Assembly (NCBI GenBank): GCA_963841915.1
Contig: CAWJEN010000005.1
Span: forward strand, 992,001-1,056,000
Source: an uncultured Planctomycetota bacterium
GTDB lineage: Bacteria; Planctomycetota; Phycisphaerae; Tepidisphaerales; Tepidisphaeraceae
Direction of reading: 5' to 3'
Length of the DNA stretch: 64,000 nucleotides
Shown: one piece after another, positions 49,729 through 58,373 of the stretch
Layout of the letters: every line of letters begins with the position of its first letter
Position numbering within the stretch: the stretch's first letter is position 1
Notes under the pieces: generated by a model
What the model was told of the DNA's origin: nothing
Databases searched by the model: none
Seen by the model: only the letters and a program-made list of their open reading frames with translations
Program-made: the position numbers and the translations under genes

Positions 49729-51288
49729 TTACTGCTTCAGGCCCGATTTTGCGGCGAACGGGCGGTAGAGCGGGTCGCCGACGAGCACCATCTTCCAGCT
49801 GACGTGCGGGACCGTGGCCCAGTACGCTTCGGCCAAGGTCGCATCGCCTTTGAGCACGATCGGCAGGAACGCCCAAGGTGGTGGGAACGCGTTGAGGAAG
49901 GGCTCACTCACCGGGCCGACCGTCGCCGCTGCGCCGTCCATGAGCAGGCCGCGCGCCCAACCCTTTTCGCCTGCGTTGTGCAGACTGACCATTTCGTACG
50001 AAGCGACGTGGTACGCGACGGCCCCGCGGGCAAGGTCGAATGGGCGGTTGTAGTCGCGGAGCTGGTACCAGCCGACGTACATGGCGACGTTTTCGACGGC
50101 CGGCTCGTCATTCGCGCCGCGGGCAAAGACGGCGGGCTTGTCGTCGTGCACAACGGGCAGCGTTGCCGCCTGCTCTAACGCAGCAGCGAGGCGGCGGAGT
50201 TGTTCGTCGAACGGCGCGTAGCCGTCGGGCTTGCCGTTGGCGCCGGGCATGCGGAGGCCGCGCGAGTCGACGACGATGTTGCCGTCGAGGCCCTCGCGTT
50301 CGACAAGCAGGCTGTTGGCGATGAGGTCGCGGACGTGCTGTGGGGTGGGGCCGTCAAGGCGGGCGACCATGATGGCGTTGCCGTCGAGGCCGCTTTTGCC
50401 GCGTCCTCCTTGCAGCGGGTTGGGCAACCACAACGCCGCCGCCGGTGCCAGATCCGGCAGCGTTGCCAGTTCACTGTCGAACGAGCCGTCGGACTTGTCC
50501 TGCGTGAGGTGGCGAAGCTGCACGTTGATCAGTCCCGCGTACTGCACGAACGCCATCTGGCGACCGAGGGTGCGGGATATGTCTCGTTGTTCCGGCAGAT
50601 CGAGCCGCGTCACGGCCTCTTGAAGCTGTGCCGACTCGGCTTCGGTCAGCGGCCCGGCCCCGGCTTGCATCGGCTGAGCCATGCTTTGGCGAATGGAGCC
50701 GAGCGTCTGAATCAAGCTCGCTTTTTCGCCTTCGGTCAAGTCGTTCGCACCGGCCTGGATGAGCTGCTCGGCCACGGCCAGGCGGTTGAGCTCGAGCTGT
50801 AGAGGGCCGCTCAGATCGGGCAACTGCGGGACCGGCCGCCCGACTGCCTCGGCAGTGGTAGCCAACCGGTCGACCATCGGTCGCAACCGGGTCACGGCTT
50901 CGTCTGCTAATTGCTCGACCATCTGCCGTTCGGCCTGCTCGTCGGCGGTGAGCTTGATGCCGTCGACGCGCAGCGGCACGCCGAAGGTTGTGACGAGGCA
51001 AGACACGTCGGCCGTCAGACCGCGATCGGCAATGGCAGCCCGGAGCGGGCCGCGGACGCTGTGTTCAAATGCCTCACGCGACATCGCGTCGCCGGTCGGC
51101 AGGTCAAGCTCGACGACGCGACCGTCCGGCACGCCGCGTGTGCTGATATAGAAGTCGGCGATCTGGCGCGACTCCGGGACGTTCTTGTTGACGATCACTA
51201 GCAGATCGTCGGCCTCCAGCTTCGCACCTGCCTGCCGGCCGGTCAAAACGGTTACGATCAGGAACGACGCCAGGACGCGATGCAGCAC
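49729..51288 (-). CDS. TIGR03790-like secreted protein
   Basis: VNKNVPESRQIADFY, GVPLR, DSELA, MVARLDG, YVGWY, YHVASYE, GPVSEPFL, LVGDPLYRPF. Confidence 0.8.
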   Translation of the reverse strand: MLHRVLASFLIVTVLTGRQAGAKLEADDLLVIVNKNVPESRQIADFYISTRGVPDGRVVELDLPTGDAMSREAFEHSVRGPLRAAIADRGLTADVSCLVTTFGVPLRVDGIKLTADEQAERQMVEQLADEAVTRLRPMVDRLATTAEAVGRPVPQLPDLSGPLQLELNRLAVAEQLIQAGANDLTEGEKASLIQTLGSIRQSMAQPMQAGAGPLTEAESAQLQEAVTRLDLPEQRDISRTLGRQMAFVQYAGLINVQLRHLTQDKSDGSFDSELATLPDLAPAAALWLPNPLQGGRGKSGLDGNAIMVARLDGPTPQHVRDLIANSLLVEREGLDGNIVVDSRGLRMPGANGKPDGYAPFDEQLRRLAAALEQAATLPVVHDDKPAVFARGANDEPAVENVAMYVGWYQLRDYNRPFDLARGAVAYHVASYEMVSLHNAGEKGWARGLLMDGAAATVGPVSEPFLNAFPPPWAFLPIVLKGDATLAEAYWATVPHVSWKMVLVGDPLYRPFAAKSGLKQ

Positions 51289-51349
51289 GCCGAATCGTGC
51301 GGCAGTCCCGACGGCGAATCAACCCAACCCTCATTAAGCCATTCACGTC

Positions 51350-52300
51350 ATGAAACGCCCCGTCAAGATCGGCCTCGGCATCGTCGCGGCTGTCGTCGTC
51401 CTGCTGTTCGTTGCCGTCTTCGTCGTCCTGTCGCGGATCGACGGCATCGTGGAGCAAACCGTCGAGTCGCAAGGCACGTCGCAGCTCAATCTGCAGACGC
51501 TGCTGAGCGATGCCGACGTGTCGCTGTTCGGCGGCAGCGTCGCGCTCAACGGTTTGACCATCGCCAACCCGGAGGGTTACTCGGCAGAGCACCTCTTCGA
51601 GATGGGCCAGGTTCGCGTGGGCGTCGGCCTGACCGGGCTGACCGGCGACCCGCTGCGGATCGGCGAAATCGACATCAATTCGCCGGCGCTGACGATCGAA
51701 CGCGGCAGTGTCGGCGGCATGGCGGAGCAGCTACGGCTCAACCTGCAGGAGCTCATGGAACGGCTGGCCACTGATCCTGACGCAGAGACGACGATGCTGC
51801 TCATCGACCGCCTGACGGTGACGAACGCCCGCGTCGCCATTCGGCCGAACATCGAGGGGCTCGACGAGGAGTACGCCCTGACGTTGCCGGACATCACGCT
51901 GCGGGAGATCGGCACGGCTGAAGGTGCGCAAAATGGTGCTGAGATTGGTCGTGTCGTTGCCGACGTGGCGATGGCGCTGGCCAAGAAGGCGGCCGAGAGC
52001 GAGGACTTGCCACCGGAGGTGCGGGCAGTGCTGTCGGGCGACTTGTCGGCTATCTTGAGCAAGTACGGCGACGAGCTGTCGAACAAGGTGCGGGAAGAAC
52101 TTAACGATCAGCTCGACGGCTTGGGTGACAAGGTCGGCGGCGAAGCGGGCAAGGCGATCGACGACGTGCTCCAAGGTGCCGCCGGTGACGGGGCGAACGT
52201 GCGGGACAAGGCCGAAGACGCCGCCCGCGACGGCATCAAGAAGGGCATCGGTGGCCTGTTCGGCGGCGATAAAAAAGAGAACGACAAGAAGGACCAATAG
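51350..52300 (+). CDS. AsmA/DUF748-like envelope protein
   Basis: N-terminal TM anchor; VSLFGGSVALNGLTIANPEGY; LPDITLREIG. Confidence 0.7.
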   Translation: MKRPVKIGLGIVAAVVVLLFVAVFVVLSRIDGIVEQTVESQGTSQLNLQTLLSDADVSLFGGSVALNGLTIANPEGYSAEHLFEMGQVRVGVGLTGLTGDPLRIGEIDINSPALTIERGSVGGMAEQLRLNLQELMERLATDPDAETTMLLIDRLTVTNARVAIRPNIEGLDEEYALTLPDITLREIGTAEGAQNGAEIGRVVADVAMALAKKAAESEDLPPEVRAVLSGDLSAILSKYGDELSNKVREELNDQLDGLGDKVGGEAGKAIDDVLQGAAGDGANVRDKAEDAARDGIKKGIGGLFGGDKKENDKKDQ

Positions 52301-52348
52301 CGAGCAGACGCGGGTGCTCGACTTCCACCTGCTGCTGCTGGTGGCAAG

Positions 52349-52384
52349 ACAAGCACCTCAGACCCGAGGGTCTGAGGTGCTTGT
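52349..52384. terminator. Long hairpin, probable bidirectional terminator
   Basis: ACAAGCACCTCAGACCC / GGGTCTGAGGTGCTTGT perfect 17-bp inverted repeat. Confidence 0.8.
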
Positions 52385-52389
52385 TTGGT

Positions 52390-53463
52390 TCAAAAACCGC
52401 CCGGCATCCGTGCCAGATCCGCCGCCTGCTCGTGCCGGCGGGATCGACGGCATCCTTGGCGTCGGCGGTTGAGTTGTTCCGGCACACCTGAAGGCGGCGT
52501 GCCGGGAAAATCCGCCGGCCCGGGATCAGCGGGCGAGCGGAGGAAGTCGCGACCGGCAAAGCAACGTGGCGATCAGGCCGATGTTGCGGGCCGGCGGGTG
52601 CACCGGTGACGCCGCTGCGAGCTGACGCGGGAATCGTCTGCTCGCCCGTGCGTTCTACCCGGCGGCCGATGCGGTCGCGGGCCGCGCGGCTGGCGGGCAC
52701 GTCTGCGGGTGCCTGCCGTCGCGCGGTAAGGGGTGGCAAGACATCAAATCGGCAAGAGCAGCTCCGCTGCTGTTGTCAATTCGATGTCCTGCCCGGCATT
52801 CGCCGGGGGCGGCCGCTGCACAATCCCTGTGGGTCGGACGGCCTCGCGTGTCGCGGGCGACGTCCCCTCGGAATTGATTGACGCCACCGGCAACTGCCGC
52901 GTCTTTGTCTCTGCCCGACTCGCCCTCCGTGGAGGAGTCGCCGCTGGCTCCAAACCCGCTTCGCCCGTCGCAGATGCCCTGTGCCGGGGCGGCTGCGACG
53001 ATCGATGGGCCCGCAATCGACGGCTGGAACAAGTCCCGGCACGGCGAATTGCGGCGGCGTCTTCCCGTCCGTGGGAAGAGGCCGATAGAGCCTGAGGTGG
53101 CCAACATCCGTGTCGGCCCGGCTCGTTCAAAGACGCATGGGTGTGTCTGGTGTGACTCCTGGCCGGAGATCAGTGGGTGACGGCTGCGGCCACGGTGGCA
53201 CAGCTGCGTCGTGTTCCTTGCCCCCATCGCCTTGGCTGCGGAGGTGCCTGCCGGTGAAGGCAGTGGCACATCCTCGCGTCATGATCAAGCCCTTGGGCTG
53301 ACCGATGACGGGCGCTCGCGGCGGGGGCTGGCGGTGACACCAGCCTTGGTGTCGTTGCCGTTGTCTGGTTGTCGGGAAGACGGGCCATCCGTGCCGCGTC
53401 CTTAGTCTCTCCCGGTGCGGCAGTGCCGCTTCTCTCCGTGGGGCGATCCGTGCCCGTTCTGTC
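52390..53463 (-). ncRNA. Candidate CsrA/RsmA-sequestering RNA (CsrB/RsmZ-like), possibly the 3' extension of mraZ mRNA
   Basis: No credible ORF; 7x CACGGA, 2x CAAGGA, 1x CAGGGA and 1x TAAGGA on the minus strand only, many in hairpin loops. Boundaries approximate. Confidence 0.65.
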
Positions 53464-53985
53464 TCAAACTGCCTTCGCGGCGGCGGCCTTGTAGCGGTCT
53501 GCCAGCTGCGGGCGTTGCTTGTTCTTCAGGTCGAGGTAAGCTCGCCATTCGGCCCGGGGCCAAAGCTGCAAGTGGTTCTGGACACCGACCAGAACAACGT
53601 CGCGGCCGAGCCGCTCGCGGTCGACACTCGACTCGGACAAGACGACCCGGCCCGCCTTGTCCGGCGTGAGGCGAAGCGCCTGGCCGAAGAGGACGAGCAT
53701 GTAGTCGAGCTGGTCGGGATCGGGCACCGGGTCGGTCGTGCTGGGTGCGACGTTGCGGCGGTAGTAGTGTTCCGGATACAGCCACAGTTGATCGTTAGGC
53801 CCCGTGATGAGAATGAAGCTCGAACCATCCCGTGTCTCGTCGAGCGCCTTTCGGACGTCGGCAGGAATGAGGAGGCGGCCTTTTTCATCAATGGTGAGAT
53901 CGTGGTTGCCGATAAAGAACGGGCCGGGTGCCGGCTGTTCCAAAGCGGGTGGTTGTTCGGTCGGGCTCGTCGCTGACGTGGTCAC
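53464..53985 (-). CDS. mraZ: Division/cell-wall cluster transcriptional repressor MraZ
   Basis: FIGNHDLTIDEKGRLLIPA, LWLYP, DKAGRVVL, VVLVGVQNHLQLW (two SpoVT/AbrB repeats). Confidence 0.9.
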   Translation of the reverse strand: MTTSATSPTEQPPALEQPAPGPFFIGNHDLTIDEKGRLLIPADVRKALDETRDGSSFILITGPNDQLWLYPEHYYRRNVAPSTTDPVPDPDQLDYMLVLFGQALRLTPDKAGRVVLSESSVDRERLGRDVVLVGVQNHLQLWPRAEWRAYLDLKNKQRPQLADRYKAAAAKAV

Positions 53986-54039
53986 CTCGAGCTGGTCATC
54001 CCCGCGCTGCGTGGAAAGCCGCCGATGCGGCTTCGAGAT

Positions 54040-54092
54040 CCACTGGCTGGGCTGACGTGGGAGAGCTTACCACTCTGCCCCACTGATGCCAA
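54040..54092 (-). promoter_or_regulatory. mraZ sigma70 promoter with MraZ-box-like GTGG repeats
   Basis: TTGGCA (54092-54087), 17 nt, TAAGCT (54069-54064); GTGG at 54083-80 and 54073-70 (10-nt period), another in phase at 54043-40. Confidence 0.7.
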
Positions 54093-54399
54093 GGTCGGCT
54101 CTTTTTTCGTGACGTGTGGCTGCAACGTGCCGCAAACTTAGTAAGATCGCCCGCCCGCCCGTCATCCTAATCGCCTAACGAATAACGGTTTGCGAACTTA
54201 TCTACGACCCATCAAGAATGAATGCGGGGAGCCGTCGCTTTTCGCGGGGCCTGCCATTCCTTCTAACGAGGGATGACCAACGACCTGCTAGAGCAGCGTC
54301 GAACCCATCCGGTGGGGCGTCGGCCCACACGCCTCCAGCCGCCGTGGTGTGGTTCTGTCGGCACGAAACGACATGCGTGTCAGCAAAGACCAGTCGGCG

Positions 54400-54801
54400 T
54401 CAGAACACGAAGTGGGTCGCCATCCCACCGGCAGCCAACGCAAGAACAAGCAGCGACAGGCGACGAAGCGGGCGATGAAGCCGCACCACAAGCGGAGACA
54501 AAGCGTTCACCAGCAACGTGGTCATGAGGACCGGAATCGACGGGACAACGGGCCGAGCCAGCGACAGCGCCTCTGCTGTCAACAGGCAGCACACCAATAC
54601 GAACAGCACGGCCGCTGATCGCGGGGTGCTTGCCGCCTGTGTCGCAAGCAGCAGCACACTCACGACAAGCGTTGCCGAGACGGCCCCACCTGCGTCCTCA
54701 GGCCACGCGGCCACGCACAGCAATGCTGCCAGGCCCAGGCCCGCCAACAGCGCGAGCGCGGTTCGCTCACCGCTTGAAGAAGCTCTTGCCGTCGCCGTCA
54801 T
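54400..54801 (-). CDS. Hypothetical membrane protein
   Basis: Several hydrophobic helices; start uncertain. Confidence 0.5.
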   Translation of the reverse strand: MTATARASSSGERTALALLAGLGLAALLCVAAWPEDAGGAVSATLVVSVLLLATQAASTPRSAAVLFVLVCCLLTAEALSLARPVVPSIPVLMTTLLVNALSPLVVRLHRPLRRLSLLVLALAAGGMATHFVF

Positions 54802-56237
54802 ACTTGCTCAAGCGGTTGTGAACGTACAGCCCTTCGAGGAGCAACTCTCCGCACCCGGCGAGTACTTGCGGATCGTCGGGGTCCATCTGCAGTGCCCGGC
54901 AGATCGTCCGCGCACCGTCTTTCAGGCCGTCTACAAGGCCCATGTTGTCGACGAACTCCTTCGCCGGCAGCTCATCGTCGGCCGGAAAGCTGAGGTTGCC
55001 CTCGAACTGTTCGCTGATGCCGTCAAAATCGTCGGGCGTGGCGACGGTGTCAAAGACGTTCTTGATCGCCTCGCCGATGAGACTCTTGATGAGCTTGTCC
55101 TCGCTGGCGTCGTCCTCGGCGAGCGTCATCTCGACCTTGCCGCGGGAGCTGGCGACAAGGTGCTGCAGATCGCACGGCCGAACGGCGACACGCTCTTCAC
55201 CGGTGAGAATGCCGCGACGCTCGGCGTTGCTGACAGCAGCTTCAAGGTTGGCGATGCTCGTCCGCACAGATACACCCGACGCCTGGACTGACGTGCGGAC
55301 TGGTGCGGGCGAGGCGGACGACTTCCTCGATAATGAGCTGCATGAACGGCGGCACCACCACCCCGACACCGCTGCCCGAGACGCCCTCGTTGCGGTCGAG
55401 CCACGCATTCTCCCGGGCGATCTCGATGCCTTCCTGGGCGGTGCTGGGGTAGTGCGTCCGAATGACGGTGCCGATGCGGTCCTTGAGCGGCGTGACGATG
55501 CGGCCTCGGTTGGTGTAATCCTCCGGGTTGGCGCTGAACGTCAGGAAAACGTCGAGCTCGAGGCGGATCGGATAGCCGCGGATCTGCACGTCGCGCTCTT
55601 CGAGCACATTGAACAGACCGACCTGGATGCGTGGCGAGAGGTCAGGCAACTCGTTGATGGCAAAGATGCCACGGTTGGCCCGCGGGATCAGGCCGAAGTG
55701 CATCGTCGTCTCGTCGCTGAGGTAGCGGCCCTCTGCGTGCTTGACGAGGTCGATTTCGCCGATGAGGTCGGCGATGGTGACATCTGGTGTGGCGAGCTTC
55801 TCCTGATACCGCTCGCGGCGGTGGACCCACTCGATGGGCGTGTCATCGCCATGCTCGGTGATCTTGCGGCGGCCGACCTGCGTGGCCGGATGGATCGGGT
55901 CGTCGTTGAGTTCGAGCCCGCCGATGACGGGAATCCACTCATCGAGCAGGCCCGGCAGCATGCGGAGGATGCGTGTCTTGGCCTGGCCGCGAAGGCCCAG
56001 GAACAGCAAGTCGTGCTTGGCGAGCAGACCGTTAACGATCTGCGGGACGACGCTGTCGCGGTACCCGCGGATGCCGGGGAACAGGTCGCTGCCGTCGCGA
56101 AGCCGCTGGATGAGATTCTTGCGCAGCTCGTCCTTTACGGGAAGGAACTGATAGTCCGTCTCCTTCAGCTGGCCCAGAGTGGCCGCGGCAGGGTGGTGGC
56201 TGGTGGTCTGGTTGATGGGGTTGCTGGTGGCGGGCAT
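54767..56237 (-). pseudogene. Magnesium-chelatase-subunit-like AAA+ ATPase with one +1 frameshift near 55285-55287 (pseudogene or sequencing error)
   Basis: GLRGQAKTR, EKLATPD, INELPDL, ANPEDYTNRGRI...SPHVS|QASGVSVR...LEGLY; removing 1 nt gives 490 codons. Confidence 0.85.
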
Positions 56238-56341
56238 GGTTGCGTCGCTTTGATACGTCGGCCGACACAGGATGGTACGACGGCGGACTCTACTGAGCGG
56301 GGCGAGACGGATGGAACTCGTGAAAGTACAAGCGAATGAAC

Positions 56342-56374
56342 GCAAGCGGCACGGCCGATGGCCGTGCCGCTTGC
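56342..56374 (-). terminator. Hairpin terminator after PEP-CTERM gene
   Basis: GCAAGCGGCACGGCC / GGCCGTGCCGCTTGC 15-bp stem. Confidence 0.7.
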
Positions 56375-56393
56375 TGATTCAGATGGCGTTGGT

Positions 56394-57080
56394 TCAGCGC
56401 CTGCGACGCAGGGCGACGAGGCCCATCAGGCCGGCCGCACCGGCGGCCAGCGGCTCGGGGACCGGGATGGCGGTGGCACTGCCGGAGATATTCGCCGCCG
56501 CACCGCCGCCGACAGTGATCGTCAGGACGTTCGTGAGCGAATAACTGCCTACGACCGTCGTGTTGACGTCGCCGCTACCGGTCACCGTCGACTGGGGTGC
56601 CGACCCTGTGGCCGTTGCGGTCAGCAGGCCGGGCGTCGGGCCGACACCGAACGCAGTGTTGGAGTCGTCGATGAAGCTCTGGAACGTCACCGTCCTCGTC
56701 GGGATCGGGTTCGACCCACGATTGAGCGTGCCACCGAAGTCGCTGCTGAGGTGCACTGCACCGCTCGGGGCAGTGAAGTCGGTGTCCGTCACGCGGACGG
56801 TCAGCGTCGACTCGCCGGCAAAGAAGTTCGTGATCGAGATGTTGGTGACCTGCAAGGTCGCCTCGTTCGCGACGCCCGGGCTGTTCGACACAGCGGCTGT
56901 GACGTTGGCAATGTTGAAGTTGCCGACGGACCCGACTCCCGTGATGACTCCGTCGTTGTCGCCGTCCATGTAGACGGCCGTGTCGCCGCCGCTGGACACT
57001 TCGACGATGAACGCACCGCTTGCAATCGCAGGCACAGCGGCCATGGCAAGCAGGGTGGTGGTGATCAGTTTTGTGTGCAT
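56394..57080 (-). CDS. PEP-CTERM sorting-domain protein
   Basis: GGGAG RBS; signal peptide; VPEP-TM-RRRR. Confidence 0.9.
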   Translation of the reverse strand: MHTKLITTTLLAMAAVPAIASGAFIVEVSSGGDTAVYMDGDNDGVITGVGSVGNFNIANVTAAVSNSPGVANEATLQVTNISITNFFAGESTLTVRVTDTDFTAPSGAVHLSSDFGGTLNRGSNPIPTRTVTFQSFIDDSNTAFGVGPTPGLLTATATGSAPQSTVTGSGDVNTTVVGSYSLTNVLTITVGGGAAANISGSATAIPVPEPLAAGAAGLMGLVALRRRR

Positions 57081-57256
57081 TATCTCCCGTTTCCCCAGAA
57101 TAATCGGTGCAATCACCAATCGAGCTACATTCAGTGTCGGCCAAGTGCCGGCTGCCGCTTCATACGACAGTCACCACAGCATAGTCGGGCTCGGGCCTCT
57201 CGTGCAACCGGCAAACGCGTTGCGCGACATATTCATCGCACGCTCACATAGGCCGC

Positions 57257-58288
57257 CTAGCTGGTTGTGCCGGTTGTTTCGACTGGCACACTGTCACGCA
57301 GCTGCTCTATGGCTGCCTTTTGTTCGTCGTTGAGCAGGGTTGGCATGACGACCTTCAGGACAACGAACTGGTCGCCACGTTCGTCACCCTTTTGCATGCC
57401 TCGGCCCTTGATCCGAAGCTTGCGGCCGCTGCTGCTGCCGGGTGGGACGGTCAGCGTGATGTTGCCGTCGAGCGTCGGGACCTCGACCTTTCCACCCAGC
57501 AGGGCGTCCCAGACGCTGATCGACGCGTCACAGAGCACGTCGAGCCCATCCCGCCGAAAACGCGGGTGGTCGCGGACGGTGACGATTAAGATGAGATCAC
57601 CCGTCGTGCCGCCAGCTTTCTGGCCACGGCCACGCAGGCGGACACGCTGGCCGTCCTTGACACCTGCCGGGATCTTGGCCTCGACCTTCTCGCGCTCGCC
57701 TTGCGTCTTGAGCTGCACGGTTGTGCCGAAGGCGGCGTCGGTGAAGTCGATGGTGACCGGCACTTCGATGCTCAGATCCTGCGCCCGCGGCCTAGAGCGT
57801 GCGCCAGTCGCGTAGTCACCCGGGCCGGGCCTTGGGCGTTGCCCGCGTCGGCCGAACGGACCTGCCGAGCCGAAGAGGCCTTCGAAGACGTCACCGAAGC
57901 CGCTGTTCTTGAGATCTTCGAGGTCCTCAGGGTCGATGGTGCGTCCGCCGAACCCGCCCGGTGCTTGCCCGCCACCACCACCGCTGCGTCGGTAGGCCTC
58001 GAAGGGGTCAAAGCCCGGTCCGGCACCCGGCCTGCCGCCACCCATGCCACCGGGGCCACCCGCGCCGACGCCGGCGTGCCCGAACTGGTCATACATCTTG
58101 CGTTTGTCGGTGTCGCTGAGGACGTCGTAGGCCTCCTGGACTTCCTGAAACTTTCGGGCGGCGTCGGGGTCGTCCTTGTTGACGTCGGGGTGCAGTTTGC
58201 GGGCGAGCTTGCGGTGGGCCTTCTTGATCGCCGCGGCATCGGCAGATCGCGGGACTTCCAGAACGTCGTAGTAGTCGCGTGTGGCCAT
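57257..58288 (-). CDS. DnaJ-class chaperone lacking the zinc finger (CbpA-like)
   Basis: RDYYDVL, HPD, G/F-rich linker, KIPAGV...LRGRG, RGDQFV; no CxxCxGxG. Confidence 0.9.
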   Translation of the reverse strand: MATRDYYDVLEVPRSADAAAIKKAHRKLARKLHPDVNKDDPDAARKFQEVQEAYDVLSDTDKRKMYDQFGHAGVGAGGPGGMGGGRPGAGPGFDPFEAYRRSGGGGGQAPGGFGGRTIDPEDLEDLKNSGFGDVFEGLFGSAGPFGRRGQRPRPGPGDYATGARSRPRAQDLSIEVPVTIDFTDAAFGTTVQLKTQGEREKVEAKIPAGVKDGQRVRLRGRGQKAGGTTGDLILIVTVRDHPRFRRDGLDVLCDASISVWDALLGGKVEVPTLDGNITLTVPPGSSSGRKLRIKGRGMQKGDERGDQFVVLKVVMPTLLNDEQKAAIEQLRDSVPVETTGTTS

Positions 58289-58373
58289 CGGGGACGTTCT
58301 TTATAGTGCCGTCCATGCCGGGCCGCCTATGCCCGTTGTGTCAAGCAGGTGCAACGCCTACGTTTGTGCGCAT

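Noticed and set aside
52236..53405. Short overlapping ORFs, or a frameshifted rsmH, downstream of mraZ
   Set aside because: All are Arg/Pro/Ala-rich with no codon bias or RBS, and I saw no RsmH motifs (HxPV, DxTxGxGGH). A frameshift-aware BLASTX would settle it.
52390..53463. CRISPR array or tandem repeat as the explanation for the repeated CACGGA
   Set aside because: Only a hexamer recurs, spacing is irregular, and there are no cas genes.
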